Assembly: GCF_000008385.1 (NCBI RefSeq)
Contig: NC_006833.1
Location: 420,001 to 452,000, forward strand
Direction: 5' to 3'
Source of the DNA: Wolbachia endosymbiont strain TRS of Brugia malayi
GTDB lineage: Bacteria; Pseudomonadota; Alphaproteobacteria; Rickettsiales; Anaplasmataceae
DNA: 32,000 nucleotides
Every line of letters starts with the position of its first letter. Position 1 is the stretch's first letter. Positions 1 to 10,420 of this stretch are shown piece after piece. Made by a program: the position numbers and the translations under genes. The notes under the pieces were generated by a model. The model saw only the letters and a list, made by a program, of their open reading frames with translations. It was not told the origin of the DNA and did not search any database.

Positions 1-564
1 TCTGTAATACTCACGTAGACTCTTTACTTGGACGTGATATTCGCCTATTCTTCTATCAATTGCAGATAAGTCAGAATCATCAATTCTCTTTTCTAGTCTT
101 GCACTTTTACATCTCGTACAAACAAGATTATTATCATCTTTGAAAGAAGATGTACTGTATACACTTTTACAGTCCAGGCACACGAGACGATTTTTTAATC
201 TGTCAATTGCTACCTTATCGTTAAGCTGCAATTCAATTACGATATCCACATCTCTATTATATCTCTCCCGCAAAATCTGAGTTAAGAAATGAGCTTGATT
301 TAGATTTCTTGGAAAACCGTCGAACAAAAAATTATCATCCATCAATGCAAGCTGGTCATATAATAATTCACATATAACTCCATCTTGAATTAAATTACCA
401 GATTCTACAGTATCTTTTATTTTTTTGCCTAATTCACTACCACTAGATATAATATTCCTCAATAAATCCCCTACTGAAATTAACTTTAAGTTATACCTTT
501 CTATTAACAAGCTTGACTGAGTACCTTTACCGGAACCAGGAGGACCAAAAATTGTAATAATCAT
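1..564 (-). CDS. adk: adenylate kinase (partial; C-terminal end runs off the window start)
   Basis: Absent from the ORF track because it has no stop in the window. Minus-strand translation from the ATG at 564..562 gives [36 protein letters not shown]...[13 protein letters not shown]... It has the P-loop GPPGSGKGT and a CxxC...CxxC LID (CLDCKS...CTRCKS). The ATG overlaps the secY stop (ATGA). The position after secY is canonical. Confidence 0.9.
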
Positions 565-1889
565 CTTAATTTCTTTGTTTTAGACTCATATTTTTTTATC
601 CAGCTATCATATCTATTCGAAAAGATATAGGATTGTATTTGCATAATAGTATCAGTAGTAACATTAACTATAATCAACAAGCTCGTCCCACCAAAAATAA
701 ATGGCATATCATAATAATATCTCATAACTTCAGGCACAGTACATATGACCACCAGATATGCGGAACCAATAAAAGTTAATTTAAAAACTATATCTTGAAG
801 GTAATCAGAAGTGTGTTTTCCTGGTCTTCTACCAGGTATAAAACCACCATTTTTTTTAAGAAAATCTGCATTTTCTTCTGGATTAAATATAAAATTAGTA
901 TAGAAAAAGTTAAAAAACACTATAAGCGCTAAGTAAGCTGCAATATAAACTACTTTGTTTGCCATAAAGTAGTTTAAAATAAAATCAGAAAAAGCATGCC
1001 CCTTATAGAAGTTTGCAATTGAAACAGGCGTTAATAAAATCGCATTGGCAAAAATAGTAGGTATTACACCAGATAAATTAATCTTTAACGGGATATAAGT
1101 AAAGTCATCACTATGCAATCTTTTAAACTGCTTTTTAGGATACTGAACAGTGACTTTCCTATAAGAAGATTCTACAAAAATAATTAAAAGTAGCAGTAAA
1201 AAAAATAACACAAAAACAAAAAGGATAATAAGCAACGACATGCTACCGTTTTTATTTAATGTTAACAGGAAGGAAAAAGCATTGTGCAACTCTGATATTA
1301 TACCTGTGAAGATGATTAATGAGATACCATTACCTATACCACTAGCGCTGATTTGCTCACCAAGCCATATTAGAAACATTGTTCCACCCAAAAGGCTGAA
1401 AATACCCACTGTACGAAACATAACACCAGGCTCGATTACAACTAATGTTCCTTCCCTGTTCATTCTTTCTAACCCAATCAGAATAGTAACTGATTGAAAT
1501 ATACAAAACACTATGGTCATATAACGTATGTAGGAATTCATCCTTCGACGTCCTAATTCTCCGTCATTTTTAACTTCATTAATTCCTTTAACGGCAGAAG
1601 ATAATAATTGCATAACTATAGATGCAACTATATATGGCATAACATTCAATACTAAAATGGTCATCCTAGCTAATGCCCCACCCGAAAATAGATTAAATAC
1701 TCCAAAAATACCAGCACCTTCTTTAGGGAATATATCATTAATTATATCAAGATTAATTCCAGGAATAGGTACATAAGTACCTAAACGATAACAAATTAAA
1801 GCTATTAGCGTAAAAAGCATACGCCTTAATAAATCACCTTTATATAATAAAGCAGGATCTAAACTATTAAACGCTGACTTGCTGCCCAT
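561..1889 (-). CDS. secY: preprotein translocase subunit SecY
   Basis: 442-aa ORF with many hydrophobic helices. SecY-like N-terminus ([26 protein letters not shown]) and canonical position after rplO. Confidence 0.96.
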
Positions 1890-1892
1890 TAC

Positions 1893-2363
1893 TTATGATA
1901 GTATTTCCACACTACCACCAATTGAAGTTACAGATTTCTTTGCAGCTTCTGACGCAAAGTCAACATGAAATACACATCTCTCATTTAGCTTACCTTTATT
2001 AAGAAGCTTAATTTTATCTTTGATAGATTTTATAAAACCTAATTTATGCAGTATCTCCTTATCTATAACAGAGTTTTTTTCTATTTTTTTAGCCTCTATT
2101 AAGCGCTGCACATCACCAACATTAATTATAGAACATATGTTTCTACGTATGGGATTAAAACCTCTTTTAGGTAAACGTGTATATATAGACTGTTGTCCAC
2201 CTTCAAATCCATTTATAGAGGTACCGCTTCTAGCCTTCTGCCCTTTATGTCCCCTACCAGATGTTTTACCTTTACCACAACCAATACCTCTACCTATTAA
2301 TTTAGGCTTTTTTTTCTTCGATAATTCAGTAAATATAGAGTTTAACTTTATAGCATTATTCAT
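1893..2363 (-). CDS. rplO: 50S ribosomal protein L15
   Basis: 156-aa ORF with a Gly/Lys-rich N-terminal region (GRGIGCGKGKTSGRGHKGQKARSG). Lies between rpsE and secY. Confidence 0.95.
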   Translation of the reverse strand: MNNAIKLNSIFTELSKKKKPKLIGRGIGCGKGKTSGRGHKGQKARSGTSINGFEGGQQSIYTRLPKRGFNPIRRNICSIINVGDVQRLIEAKKIEKNSVIDKEILHKLGFIKSIKDKIKLLNKGKLNERCVFHVDFASEAAKKSVTSIGGSVEILS

Positions 2364-2366
2364 ACT

Positions 2367-2879
2367 TTACCTATTTCCGACTACCTCGCTAATCTTTTTA
2401 CCCCTTTTGCTCGCCACTTGACGAGGAGATAACATATTATCAAAGGCCTTAAATACTGCACATATAACGTTATGAGGATTATTCGATCTAGTAGATTTAG
2501 CTACTACATCTTTTATGCCCAACACCTCAAAAACCGACCTAATCGCTCCCCCAGCAATAATGCCTGTTCCAGCTCTAGCTGCTCTTAAAACTATTTCACC
2601 AGAGCAAAATTTAGCCTTAATATCATGGTGCAAAGTTCTACCTTCACGTAAATACACTCTAATCATCGATTTTTTTGCAGCATTTACAGCTTTTATCCTT
2701 GCTTCAGCAACTTCTGCATGCTTACCCATTCCACATCCCACTCTACCCTTCTCATCTCCAACAACAACCAAAATTGAAAATGAGAACCTCCTACCACCTT
2801 TGGTGACTGTTGTTACTCTCCGTACTGAAACTAAAAGCTCTGACCAATCATTATTATTTTGGAAATTCTTTATAGTCAT
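2367..2879 (-). CDS. rpsE: 30S ribosomal protein S5
   Basis: 170-aa ORF with S5 motifs ([35 protein letters not shown]). Operon position is canonical. Confidence 0.96.
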   Translation of the reverse strand: MTIKNFQNNNDWSELLVSVRRVTTVTKGGRRFSFSILVVVGDEKGRVGCGMGKHAEVAEARIKAVNAAKKSMIRVYLREGRTLHHDIKAKFCSGEIVLRAARAGTGIIAGGAIRSVFEVLGIKDVVAKSTRSNNPHNVICAVFKAFDNMLSPRQVASKRGKKISEVVGNR

Positions 2880-2891
2880 ATTTAAAATATT

Positions 2892-3263
2892 CTAAAATTT
2901 AAATCCAGAGCTTCGTAAGGCTTCAGCAAACTGAGAAACCAACCCTGTATATTTATATGCTCCACGGTCAAATACCAATTTTTGTTCTAACTTCATATTA
3001 GATAGGCGTTCAATCATTAAAGAAGAAACCTGCTTTATAGTTTCAGTATTGATCCCCCTTTTACATACATCCTTAATTTTAGCATCCAAAGTAGAAACAG
3101 AAGTGAGAGTTACTCCTTTTTCATCATTGATTAACTGAGCATAAAAATGCCTATTAGATTTAAATATGGATATACGTAAACGCTTAACACCACTGTTGAG
3201 CTTCTTTCTATTACGTAAATTCCTCTTCTCAGAATTACTTAAAAAATTATACAATCTTCTCAT
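2892..3263 (-). CDS. rplR: 50S ribosomal protein L18
   Basis: 123-aa basic ORF between rplF and rpsE. L18-like C-terminus (FDRGAYKYTGLVSQFAEALRSSGFKF). Confidence 0.93.
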   Translation of the reverse strand: MRRLYNFLSNSEKRNLRNRKKLNSGVKRLRISIFKSNRHFYAQLINDEKGVTLTSVSTLDAKIKDVCKRGINTETIKQVSSLMIERLSNMKLEQKLVFDRGAYKYTGLVSQFAEALRSSGFKF

Positions 3264-3268
3264 CTTAA

Positions 3269-3814
3269 TTACTTCTTTTTACTCACAACTTTACGCAACA
3301 TAAACTTGCCTTTTATTACAATACCTTTACCTTTATAGGGGTCATATTTTCTAATTTTGCATATATCAGATGCTATCACATAGACCTTTTGCTTGTCCAT
3401 ACCATTAACCACCAAGTGAGTTGGCTTTATACACTTAATCTCAACATCTTTAGGCACTTTATACTTAATATTATGGCTATAACCAAGATATAGAGTCAAA
3501 TACTTACCATCACACTCTGCTTTGTATCCAATACCGTTAATCTCAAGATCAACAGAAAAACCATTAACTATACCATTAATAATATTATTAATATTACTTC
3601 TATAAGTGCCCCATATAGGTTTTATCTCATTGTAACTATCTTTGCCTTGATCAACAGAAAGCACTAACTGGTTATCAGTAACCTGACACACAATATCACT
3701 ACATAGCCTAAGCTCTTTTTCCGCCTTAGCACTTTTTATTAACACCTTACCATCATTACATTCAACTGAAACACCAGCAGGAATATTGATAGGTGCTGCA
3801 CCTATACGAGACAT
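3269..3814 (-). CDS. rplF: 50S ribosomal protein L6
   Basis: 181-aa ORF with an L6-like N-terminus (MSRIGAAPINIPAGVSV). Operon position is canonical. Confidence 0.95.
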   Translation of the reverse strand: MSRIGAAPINIPAGVSVECNDGKVLIKSAKAEKELRLCSDIVCQVTDNQLVLSVDQGKDSYNEIKPIWGTYRSNINNIINGIVNGFSVDLEINGIGYKAECDGKYLTLYLGYSHNIKYKVPKDVEIKCIKPTHLVVNGMDKQKVYVIASDICKIRKYDPYKGKGIVIKGKFMLRKVVSKKK

Positions 3815-3830
3815 AAATTTCTCCTATTAC

Positions 3831-4226
3831 TTAAAATACACGACACAAAATTTCTCCACCAAACTTTAACTTATGTGCATCGTAATCAGTCATCACTCCC
3901 TTGGATGTAGATATAATAAAAATACCAAGTCCATTATATGCTTTAGAAATATCCTTGTACTTAGAATAACAACGACACCCTGGCTTCGATACTCTAACTA
4001 TATCACTAATTACAGGTGATCTCTCATAATACTTTAATTTTACAACGAAAGATGGTATATTACCCACAACCTCTTTTTGGTAATCAAGAATATATCCTTC
4101 ATCCTTTAAGATCTTTAGTATAGAAGAATTTACCTTAGAGAACAAAACTCTTGTCGTCTTATGCATCGCCAATTGAGCATTACGTATCCTTGCTAAAAAA
4201 TCGCCAATACTATCAGATAATGCCAC
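3831..4226 (-). CDS. rpsH: 30S ribosomal protein S8
   Basis: 131-aa ORF with an S8-like N-terminus ([17 protein letters not shown]). Operon position is canonical. Confidence 0.95.
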   Translation of the reverse strand: MALSDSIGDFLARIRNAQLAMHKTTRVLFSKVNSSILKILKDEGYILDYQKEVVGNIPSFVVKLKYYERSPVISDIVRVSKPGCRCYSKYKDISKAYNGLGIFIISTSKGVMTDYDAHKLKFGGEILCRVF

Positions 4227-4247
4227 AATATACTCCCTATATTATAC

Positions 4248-4556
4248 TTACCAACTAGACTTTGTGATCCCTGGAATTTTCCCAAAAGAACACAAACCAC
4301 GTAAAACAATTCTACATAAACCAAATTTTCTATATACTCCTCTTGGCCTTCCAGTTAAAGCACATCTATTTCTAATTCTGATTTTAGAAGAATCTCTAGG
4401 TAATTCTTTTATTAACTTATTTTGAGCTGCAAACCTCTCGCCAATAGGTATATTCTTATTGTTTATTATAGACTTCAATCTTTCTCTTTTCTCTCCATAT
4501 TGATCACATAATTTTATTCTACGAAGATTTCTCTGTACTATAGATTTTTTTGCCAT
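4248..4556 (-). CDS. rpsN: 30S ribosomal protein S14 (long form)
   Basis: 102-aa ORF with an S14 C-terminus (RNRCALTGRPRGVYRKFGLCRIVLR...KSSW). Operon position is canonical. Confidence 0.95.
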   Translation of the reverse strand: MAKKSIVQRNLRRIKLCDQYGEKRERLKSIINNKNIPIGERFAAQNKLIKELPRDSSKIRIRNRCALTGRPRGVYRKFGLCRIVLRGLCSFGKIPGITKSSW

Positions 4557-4572
4557 ATACCTCTTCTCTTAA

Positions 4573-5106
4573 CTAATCAAAAAAGGGAAACTTAAAAGCT
4601 AGCAATAATTCTTTCGCTTCTTTATCACTGGCTGCACTTGTTACAATATTGATGTCCATACCTCTAATTTTACTTATTTTATCGTAATCTATTTCCAAAA
4701 ATGAGATATGTTCTTTTATACCAAAAGAGAAATTACCATTACCATCAAATTGTTTCACACTAAACCCTCTAAAATCTTTTTCTCTCGGTAAAGCAACATA
4801 TATCAACCTTTCTAAAAATTCATACATTTTATCTCTACGTAAAGTTACTTTACAACCTACTGTAGCACCTTTTCTTATCTTGAAACCAGAAATGGACTTC
4901 TTTGCAAATGTCGATACAGGTTTTTGTCCTGCAATTAAATATAGATCATCAAATGGTTCATTTATTGCTTTATTGTCTGTAGCAGCACCTCCAACACCCA
5001 TATTAATACACACTTTGACAAGCTTAGGTACCTGCATTATATTGCCATAGTTGAACTTATCCTTTAAGGATTTTACTATGCTATCTCTATACAATTCCTT
5101 AAACAT
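4573..5106 (-). CDS. rplE: 50S ribosomal protein L5
   Basis: 177-aa ORF that is L5-like ([18 protein letters not shown]...GMDINIVT). Operon position is canonical. Confidence 0.95.
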   Translation of the reverse strand: MFKELYRDSIVKSLKDKFNYGNIMQVPKLVKVCINMGVGGAATDNKAINEPFDDLYLIAGQKPVSTFAKKSISGFKIRKGATVGCKVTLRRDKMYEFLERLIYVALPREKDFRGFSVKQFDGNGNFSFGIKEHISFLEIDYDKISKIRGMDINIVTSAASDKEAKELLLAFKFPFFD

Positions 5107-5112
5107 ACCAAC

Positions 5113-5430
5113 CTAGCCTATTACTTCTCCAGAAACTTTTGCAAAACGTACTTTTTTACTATCTATAACTTTAAACCCTACTCTAGTTGGAGCTTTATAC
5201 TTAGGATCCAATATTGCAATGTTAGATATATCAATAGCTAATTCTTTATTTATTATACCGCCACTACTACCAGCTTTTGGCTTAGCATGTTTCTTGTGCA
5301 CATTTATTCCAGAAACAACTGCCTTTCTTTTAGCACTACATGTTACAATTTTGATTACTTTACCAATTTTGCCTCTATCTCTACCAGTTAAAACTATAAC
5401 ATCATCACCACTTCTTATTTTTGCACTCAT
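5113..5430 (-). CDS. rplX: 50S ribosomal protein L24
   Basis: 105-aa ORF with a KOW-type N-terminus ([22 protein letters not shown]). Its start shares 1 nt with the rplN stop (TAATG). Confidence 0.95.
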   Translation of the reverse strand: MSAKIRSGDDVIVLTGRDRGKIGKVIKIVTCSAKRKAVVSGINVHKKHAKPKAGSSGGIINKELAIDISNIAILDPKYKAPTRVGFKVIDSKKVRFAKVSGEVIG

Positions 5431-5789
5431 TATAAAACCTCAACAGCTAATGACATTATCTTCATAAAAGAACCAGAAGGCAGCTTCTTTACCGGGCCAA
5501 ATACTCGAGTACCAAGCGGTTCACCTTGATTATTAACTAAAACTACAGCATTGCTAGAAAAACGAATTACAGAGTTATCAGACTTTCTAATACAGTTTTT
5601 CACTCTAACAACAACCGCTCTATATACTTTTCCCTTTTCGACCTTCCCCTTTGGGTTAACAGACTTAGTGGACACAACAATTGTATCACCTATGGATGCA
5701 GATTTTCTACCACCCAACAAGCCAATACAGAGCACTTCACGCGCACCAGAATTATCAGCTACTTCTAATAATGTATTTTTTTGAATCAT
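5430..5789 (-). CDS. rplN: 50S ribosomal protein L14
   Basis: 119-aa ORF with an L14 N-terminus ([22 protein letters not shown]). Confidence 0.96.
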   Translation of the reverse strand: MIQKNTLLEVADNSGAREVLCIGLLGGRKSASIGDTIVVSTKSVNPKGKVEKGKVYRAVVVRVKNCIRKSDNSVIRFSSNAVVLVNNQGEPLGTRVFGPVKKLPSGSFMKIMSLAVEVL

Positions 5790-5798
5790 GCAAATACC

Positions 5799-6032
5799 TT
5801 ATTCCACTCGAACAATAACCCATTTTTTAGTAGCAGAAATGGGCCTATGCTCTTGTATAAAAACCTTATCTCCTTCTTTACAACTATTATTTTCATCATG
5901 CACTGTGTACTCTTTATACCTCTTTATAACTTTCTTGTACAGTTTATCTTTATACACCCGTAATACTGAAACCTTCACAGTTTTATCACATTTAGCTTTA
6001 GTTACAACACCACAAAAAACCTTCTTAGGCAC
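5799..6032 (-). CDS. rpsQ: 30S ribosomal protein S17
   Basis: 77-aa ORF that is S17-like (GVVTKAKCDKTVKVSV...YTVHDENNSCKEGDKV). Overlaps the rpmC 3' end by 8 nt. Confidence 0.94.
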   Translation of the reverse strand: MPKKVFCGVVTKAKCDKTVKVSVLRVYKDKLYKKVIKRYKEYTVHDENNSCKEGDKVFIQEHRPISATKKWVIVRVE

Positions 6033-6228
6033 TCTTTCCCTCTATTCTTCTTTCATTTAATACAGTTAAAATACGGGCTATACTCTTTCTTATCAAGCTA
6101 AAACGAGAAATATTATTACACTGCCCCAACTTTTTTTGAAAAATCAAATTAACAAATTCCTTCCTCAAATTTACAAGAATTTCATACAACTCTTGTGAGG
6201 ACTTTGATCTAATATCAGCTATATCCAC
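6025..6228 (-). CDS. rpmC: 50S ribosomal protein L29
   Basis: 67-aa ORF with a GTG start. L29-like (IRSKSSQELYEILVNLRKEFVNLIFQK) and lies between rplP and rpsQ. Confidence 0.92.
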   Translation of the reverse strand: MDIADIRSKSSQELYEILVNLRKEFVNLIFQKKLGQCNNISRFSLIRKSIARILTVLNERRIEGKSA

Positions 6229-6239
6229 TGTAACTCCGC

Positions 6240-6653
6240 TTAACTATAATTAGATATAAACTTACACTTTACAGGAAGCTTAGCCATTGCCTTTTCAAGT
6301 GCTAGCTTTGCTAAATGCATGGGAACGTCGCTGCTAATTTCAAATAATACCCTACCAGGCTTAGCTTTAAACACCCAAAATTCAACACTACCTTTTCCTT
6401 TACCCATCCGCACATCTGTTGGCTTTTTACTAATAGGAGTATCAGGAAAAATTCTTATCCATATTTTACCAGAACGTTTCAATGTTCTAGATATCACACG
6501 TCTCACAGTCTCAATATGCTTAGACTGAACCCTACCTGCTTCTATAGTTTTTAAGCCATAATCTCCAAAAGACAATGTGCTACCACCCTTTGTATTACCC
6601 TTAATTCGCCCTTTAAATACCTTTCTATATTTACTCTTTTTTGGTACAAACAT
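6240..6653 (-). CDS. rplP: 50S ribosomal protein L16
   Basis: 137-aa ORF with an L16 N-terminus ([19 protein letters not shown]). Confidence 0.96.
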   Translation of the reverse strand: MFVPKKSKYRKVFKGRIKGNTKGGSTLSFGDYGLKTIEAGRVQSKHIETVRRVISRTLKRSGKIWIRIFPDTPISKKPTDVRMGKGKGSVEFWVFKAKPGRVLFEISSDVPMHLAKLALEKAMAKLPVKCKFISNYS

Positions 6654-6664
6654 TTCAACACACC

Positions 6665-7285
6665 TTAATTAACAATATAAACCCAAACTTTAACTCCTAT
6701 AATACCATATATAGTTTTCGCTTCACAAAAAGCATAATCTATATTAGCACGTAAAGTATGCAAAGGCAAACGACCTTCTTTATACCATTCAGTACGAGCT
6801 ATCTCAGCTCCACCAAGACGCCCAGAACAACCTACTTTAATACCCCCACCTCCCATTCTTAAACAACTTTGAATGGCCTTTTTCATTGCCCTTCTAAACG
6901 AAACCCTTTTTTCTAGCTGTTGTGCGATGCTGCTTGATATTAAAGCCGCATCTATCTCAGGCCTTTTGATTCCCACTACATTTACTTCCACACTATTTTT
7001 TACTTTTTCAGCTATTTTTTGTTTTACCTTTTCAATATCCAAGCCTTTTTTACCTATGATCACCCCAGGTCTAGAAGAATGTATCGTCACAGACAATAAA
7101 TCAACTTTGCGCTCTATAATTATTTTGGAAAGACCAGCATGCTTAAAAGACTCATTTATGTAACTGCGAATAAATAAATCCTGATGCAATTTCTCTTTGT
7201 AATCTTTATTAGCATACCAAACAGAATCCCAGGTATTATTATTTATTTTTAACCTGAACCCTATAGGGTTAACCTTTTGTCCCAT
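6665..7285 (-). CDS. rpsC: 30S ribosomal protein S3
   Basis: 206-aa ORF with an S3 N-terminus ([12 protein letters not shown]) and a KH-like region. Confidence 0.96.
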   Translation of the reverse strand: MGQKVNPIGFRLKINNNTWDSVWYANKDYKEKLHQDLFIRSYINESFKHAGLSKIIIERKVDLLSVTIHSSRPGVIIGKKGLDIEKVKQKIAEKVKNSVEVNVVGIKRPEIDAALISSSIAQQLEKRVSFRRAMKKAIQSCLRMGGGGIKVGCSGRLGGAEIARTEWYKEGRLPLHTLRANIDYAFCEAKTIYGIIGVKVWVYIVN

Positions 7286-7323
7286 ATTTTACACTTTCTT
7301 CACTAATTTTTTACTCTTATAAA

Positions 7324-7674
7324 TCATACTATTTGCCTTAATTTTATAGTTATATTACTATAATGCTTACTAACTCTATTAGCTCTACCCATAGCTTTTG
7401 GACATACTCTATGTAAAGTAAAAGACTTGCCTATTAAAATTTCTTTTATATACAAATTATCGATATCCAATCCATAATTGTATTGAGCATTGGCAATTGC
7501 AGAATTTAGTACCTTTCCTATAAGGCCAGCAGCCTTTTTTTCGCAAAATCTTAATTGCACAGTAGCAAAAGAAACTTTTTTATTACGTACCAAATCAGCA
7601 ACCAAATTTAACTTACGAGGAGTCGACCTTAAAATCCTAGAACTAGCTCCAATTATTGGATCCATGCTCTTCAT
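7324..7674 (-). CDS. rplV: 50S ribosomal protein L22
   Basis: 116-aa ORF that is L22-like ([19 protein letters not shown]...[15 protein letters not shown]). Operon position is canonical. Confidence 0.94.
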
Positions 7675-7679
7675 ATCAA

Positions 7680-7964
7680 CTACCTTCTTACCGCCTTTTT
7701 ATCACCATTATGCCCAGCAAATTTACGAGTAGGTGAAAACTCACCAAACTTGTGGCCTATCATATTCTGATCATTAACACTGACAGGGATGTAATCCTTG
7801 CCATTATAAACAGCAAATTTTAAACCCAAACAATTGGGAAGAATTACAGAAGCCCTAGAATGAATTTTTATCACCTTATTAATAGAGCCCTGTTTTAAAG
7901 CTCTGTTTACCAACCTTAACACAGAAGGATGACAAAAAGGCGGTTTCCATGCAGATCTACTCAT
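7680..7964 (-). CDS. rpsS: 30S ribosomal protein S19
   Basis: 94-aa ORF with S19 motifs ([10 protein letters not shown]...[16 protein letters not shown]). Confidence 0.96.
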
Positions 7965-7967
7965 AAA

Positions 7968-8792
7968 CTAACCTTTTAATTGCTTTATATACTTATCACT
8001 AAACTTATTTTTTTTTCGAGTTTTCTTTCCTTTTGTTGCAACACCCCAAGGAGTAACAGGATGACGCCCACCAGAAGTTTTTCCTTCTCCACCACCATGA
8101 GGATGATCTACCGGATTCATAGCAACTCCACGAACAGTAGGCCTAACTCCCAACCACCTACTTCTCCCAGCTTTACCCAATTTTCTATTTTTACGATCAG
8201 GATTAGACACTACACCAATAGTAGCCTTACAAGAAGACAAAACTAACCTAACTTGACCAGACCTTAACCGCAACAAAACATAATTGCCATCACGACCAAC
8301 AACTTGTGCATAACAACCGGCAGCTCGAGCAATTACAGCACCACTACCTGGCTTCAACTCAACACCGTGAACAAAAGAACCAATAGGTATACCCTTCAAC
8401 GGCAAACAATTGCCTGGCAATATGTCAATGCCACTTCCTGACATTACAATATCACCGGGCTTTATGCCTTGTGGAGCTAATATATAAGATTTGGTGTCAT
8501 CACACTTATATGACACCAACGCTAAAAACCCACTTCTATTTGGGTCATATTCTATTTTTTCAACTACACCCTGATCATTTCTATTACGTTTAAAATCTAT
8601 AATCCTATACTTCTTTTTGTGACCACCACCTTTATGACGAATTGTTATTCTACCATTATTATTTCTTCCACCACTAGACTTTTTACCAAACGCAAGAGAC
8701 TTTTCTGGCTTACCTCTTGATAAACCTATCTTACTTACTAATACAGTTCCACGAGACGATGGAGTAACAGGATTAAGAAATTTTATACCCAT
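7968..8792 (-). CDS. rplB: 50S ribosomal protein L2
   Basis: ORF 7968..8801 in the track begins at a GTG. The ATG at 8792 ([15 protein letters not shown]) is the more likely start and removes the overlap with rplW. L2 motif [21 protein letters not shown]. Confidence 0.95.
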   Translation of the reverse strand: MGIKFLNPVTPSSRGTVLVSKIGLSRGKPEKSLAFGKKSSGGRNNNGRITIRHKGGGHKKKYRIIDFKRNRNDQGVVEKIEYDPNRSGFLALVSYKCDDTKSYILAPQGIKPGDIVMSGSGIDILPGNCLPLKGIPIGSFVHGVELKPGSGAVIARAAGCYAQVVGRDGNYVLLRLRSGQVRLVLSSCKATIGVVSNPDRKNRKLGKAGRSRWLGVRPTVRGVAMNPVDHPHGGGEGKTSGGRHPVTPWGVATKGKKTRKKNKFSDKYIKQLKG

Positions 8793-8793
8793 A

Positions 8794-9081
8794 TTAAACA
8801 CTCATTATATCCAATTTTTGACCATCCATTAAAGAAAAATATACTTTCTTTTTTTTTTTTTCATAACCAACCACACCCTTAAAGCGTCTATACTTAGGCT
8901 TAACTCTAACAACGTTTATAGAGGAAACTTTAACATTAAACAAAGACTCTATTGCCGACTTTATTTTATGCTTATTCACATTTACAAAAACATACAAAGA
9001 ATATTTATTAAATTTCTCCCTCAAAAAAGAAGCCTTTTCTGTGATTATAGGACACTTTACTATATTATTATATTTAATCAT
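8794..9081 (-). CDS. rplW: 50S ribosomal protein L23
   Basis: 95-aa ORF between rplD and rplB that is L23-like ([10 protein letters not shown]...). Contains an A13 run on the coding strand at 8849-8861. Confidence 0.93.
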   Translation of the reverse strand: MIKYNNIVKCPIITEKASFLREKFNKYSLYVFVNVNKHKIKSAIESLFNVKVSSINVVRVKPKYRRFKGVVGYEKKKKKVYFSLMDGQKLDIMSV

Positions 9082-9692
9082 AACAACCTACCTTCAAGAT
9101 ATCTTAAAGCATCACTCGTTAACATTATGCATTCATGATTTAATATATCAAAAACATTCAATCCGATAGGCTTGATCAAGTTTACATAGTGCAGATTTCT
9201 AGCAGCACGCAGCAAACTATCTTCATAATCGCCGACTATCAAAAAAGAAGAAAATTTAAAATTTTGAATATACTTACACATTTCAGACGTTTTCTTCACA
9301 TTAATATTTAAATTATTAAGAATAATTACTTGATTATTTAAGTATTTTAGAGATAAAGCAACTTTTAAACCAAATTTACGTACTTTTTTATTAAGAGAAT
9401 AAGCATGACTTCTAACAATAGGGCCGAAAATAACTCCACCACCTCTAAACTGAGGAGACCGTAAACTTCCTTGTCTTGCCCTACCGGTGCGTTTTTGACT
9501 ATAAGGCTTAGCTGTTGTACCAGAAACATCACTAATGCCTTTTACTTTATGAGTACCAGCTCTTCTTTTTGCTAATTGCCACCTGACTATATCATGCAAA
9601 ATACTCAATTTTTGCTCAACAGAAAATATTAAAGGGTTAAGCTGAGTAGTACCCACGTCATTATTAGATAGATTTACTAATTTACATTCCAT
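9078..9692 (-). CDS. rplD: 50S ribosomal protein L4
   Basis: 204-aa ORF that is L4-like (KRRAGTHKVKGISDVSGTTAKPYSQKRTGRARQGSLRSPQFRGGGVIFGP). Confidence 0.95.
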   Translation of the reverse strand: MECKLVNLSNNDVGTTQLNPLIFSVEQKLSILHDIVRWQLAKRRAGTHKVKGISDVSGTTAKPYSQKRTGRARQGSLRSPQFRGGGVIFGPIVRSHAYSLNKKVRKFGLKVALSLKYLNNQVIILNNLNINVKKTSEMCKYIQNFKFSSFLIVGDYEDSLLRAARNLHYVNLIKPIGLNVFDILNHECIMLTSDALRYLEGRLL

Positions 9693-9694
9693 AA

Positions 9695-10420
9695 CTAACT
9701 TACCAAACTACTAGCATTATCGTTACTTACATCTAACAGCAGACCTACCGGAAAAGGAACATCCTTATGTAAAGGCTTTTTAATTGCATCTTTAACAAAA
9801 ACGTAAGAATTTTTAAATCCAGGAACATTATTACCTTTCACAACAATTGTACTATTTCCATGATCAATGGATAATATTTCCATATTCTGCACAGTTACTC
9901 TACTACTACCTAAATGACCAGCCATTCTCTTTCCTTTAAACACTCTACCAGGATCCTGACATTGACCAGTGGAACCTTGTGACCTATGAGCAATAGAAAC
10001 GCCATGAGATGCCCTGAGCCCACAAAAATTATGTCGCTTCATTACACCAGCAAATCCCTTGCCTATGGAATAACTTGTAATATCAAGATATTGACCAACT
10101 ACAAAATGATTAACACCAACTTTTTTACCACATTCTATTCCTGAAAGGTCGCTTAATCTGCTCTCATACAATTTACATCTATTACTTATTCCCATCTTCT
10201 TTAAATATTCTAACTGTGGTTTTGCAATATTTTTAAAATTCCCAATACCTAAAATAACTGAATTATAGCCACACTTATCTTGCCTTCTCACATCAACAAT
10301 ATAAGTTTCGCTGAGATGTAATAAAGTCACAGCTACGCGACTATTATTAGAATATATAGCAGTATGACCAATATTTGTCATTAACAAACCAATTCTCCTT
10401 AGCAAACTTATTCTCTTCAT
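9695..10420 (-). CDS. rplC: 50S ribosomal protein L3
   Basis: 241-aa ORF that is L3-like (GKGFAGVMKRHNFCGLRASHGVSIAHRSQGSTG). Its start overlaps the rpsJ stop (ATGA). Confidence 0.95.
   Translation of the reverse strand: MKRISLLRRIGLLMTNIGHTAIYSNNSRVAVTLLHLSETYIVDVRRQDKCGYNSVILGIGNFKNIAKPQLEYLKKMGISNRCKLYESRLSDLSGIECGKKVGVNHFVVGQYLDITSYSIGKGFAGVMKRHNFCGLRASHGVSIAHRSQGSTGQCQDPGRVFKGKRMAGHLGSSRVTVQNMEILSIDHGNSTIVVKGNNVPGFKNSYVFVKDAIKKPLHKDVPFPVGLLLDVSNDNASSLVS

Noticed and set aside
1240-8246. Plus-strand ORFs inside the ribosomal-protein and secY genes (for example 1240..1497, 2020..2421, 2515..2895, 5219..5467, 5551..5784, 5781..6060, 6319..6528, 6873..7163, 7490..7732, 7980..8246).
   Set aside because: All are antisense shadows of well-supported minus-strand genes. 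Their low-complexity hydrophobic translations have no start context and no recognisable family.
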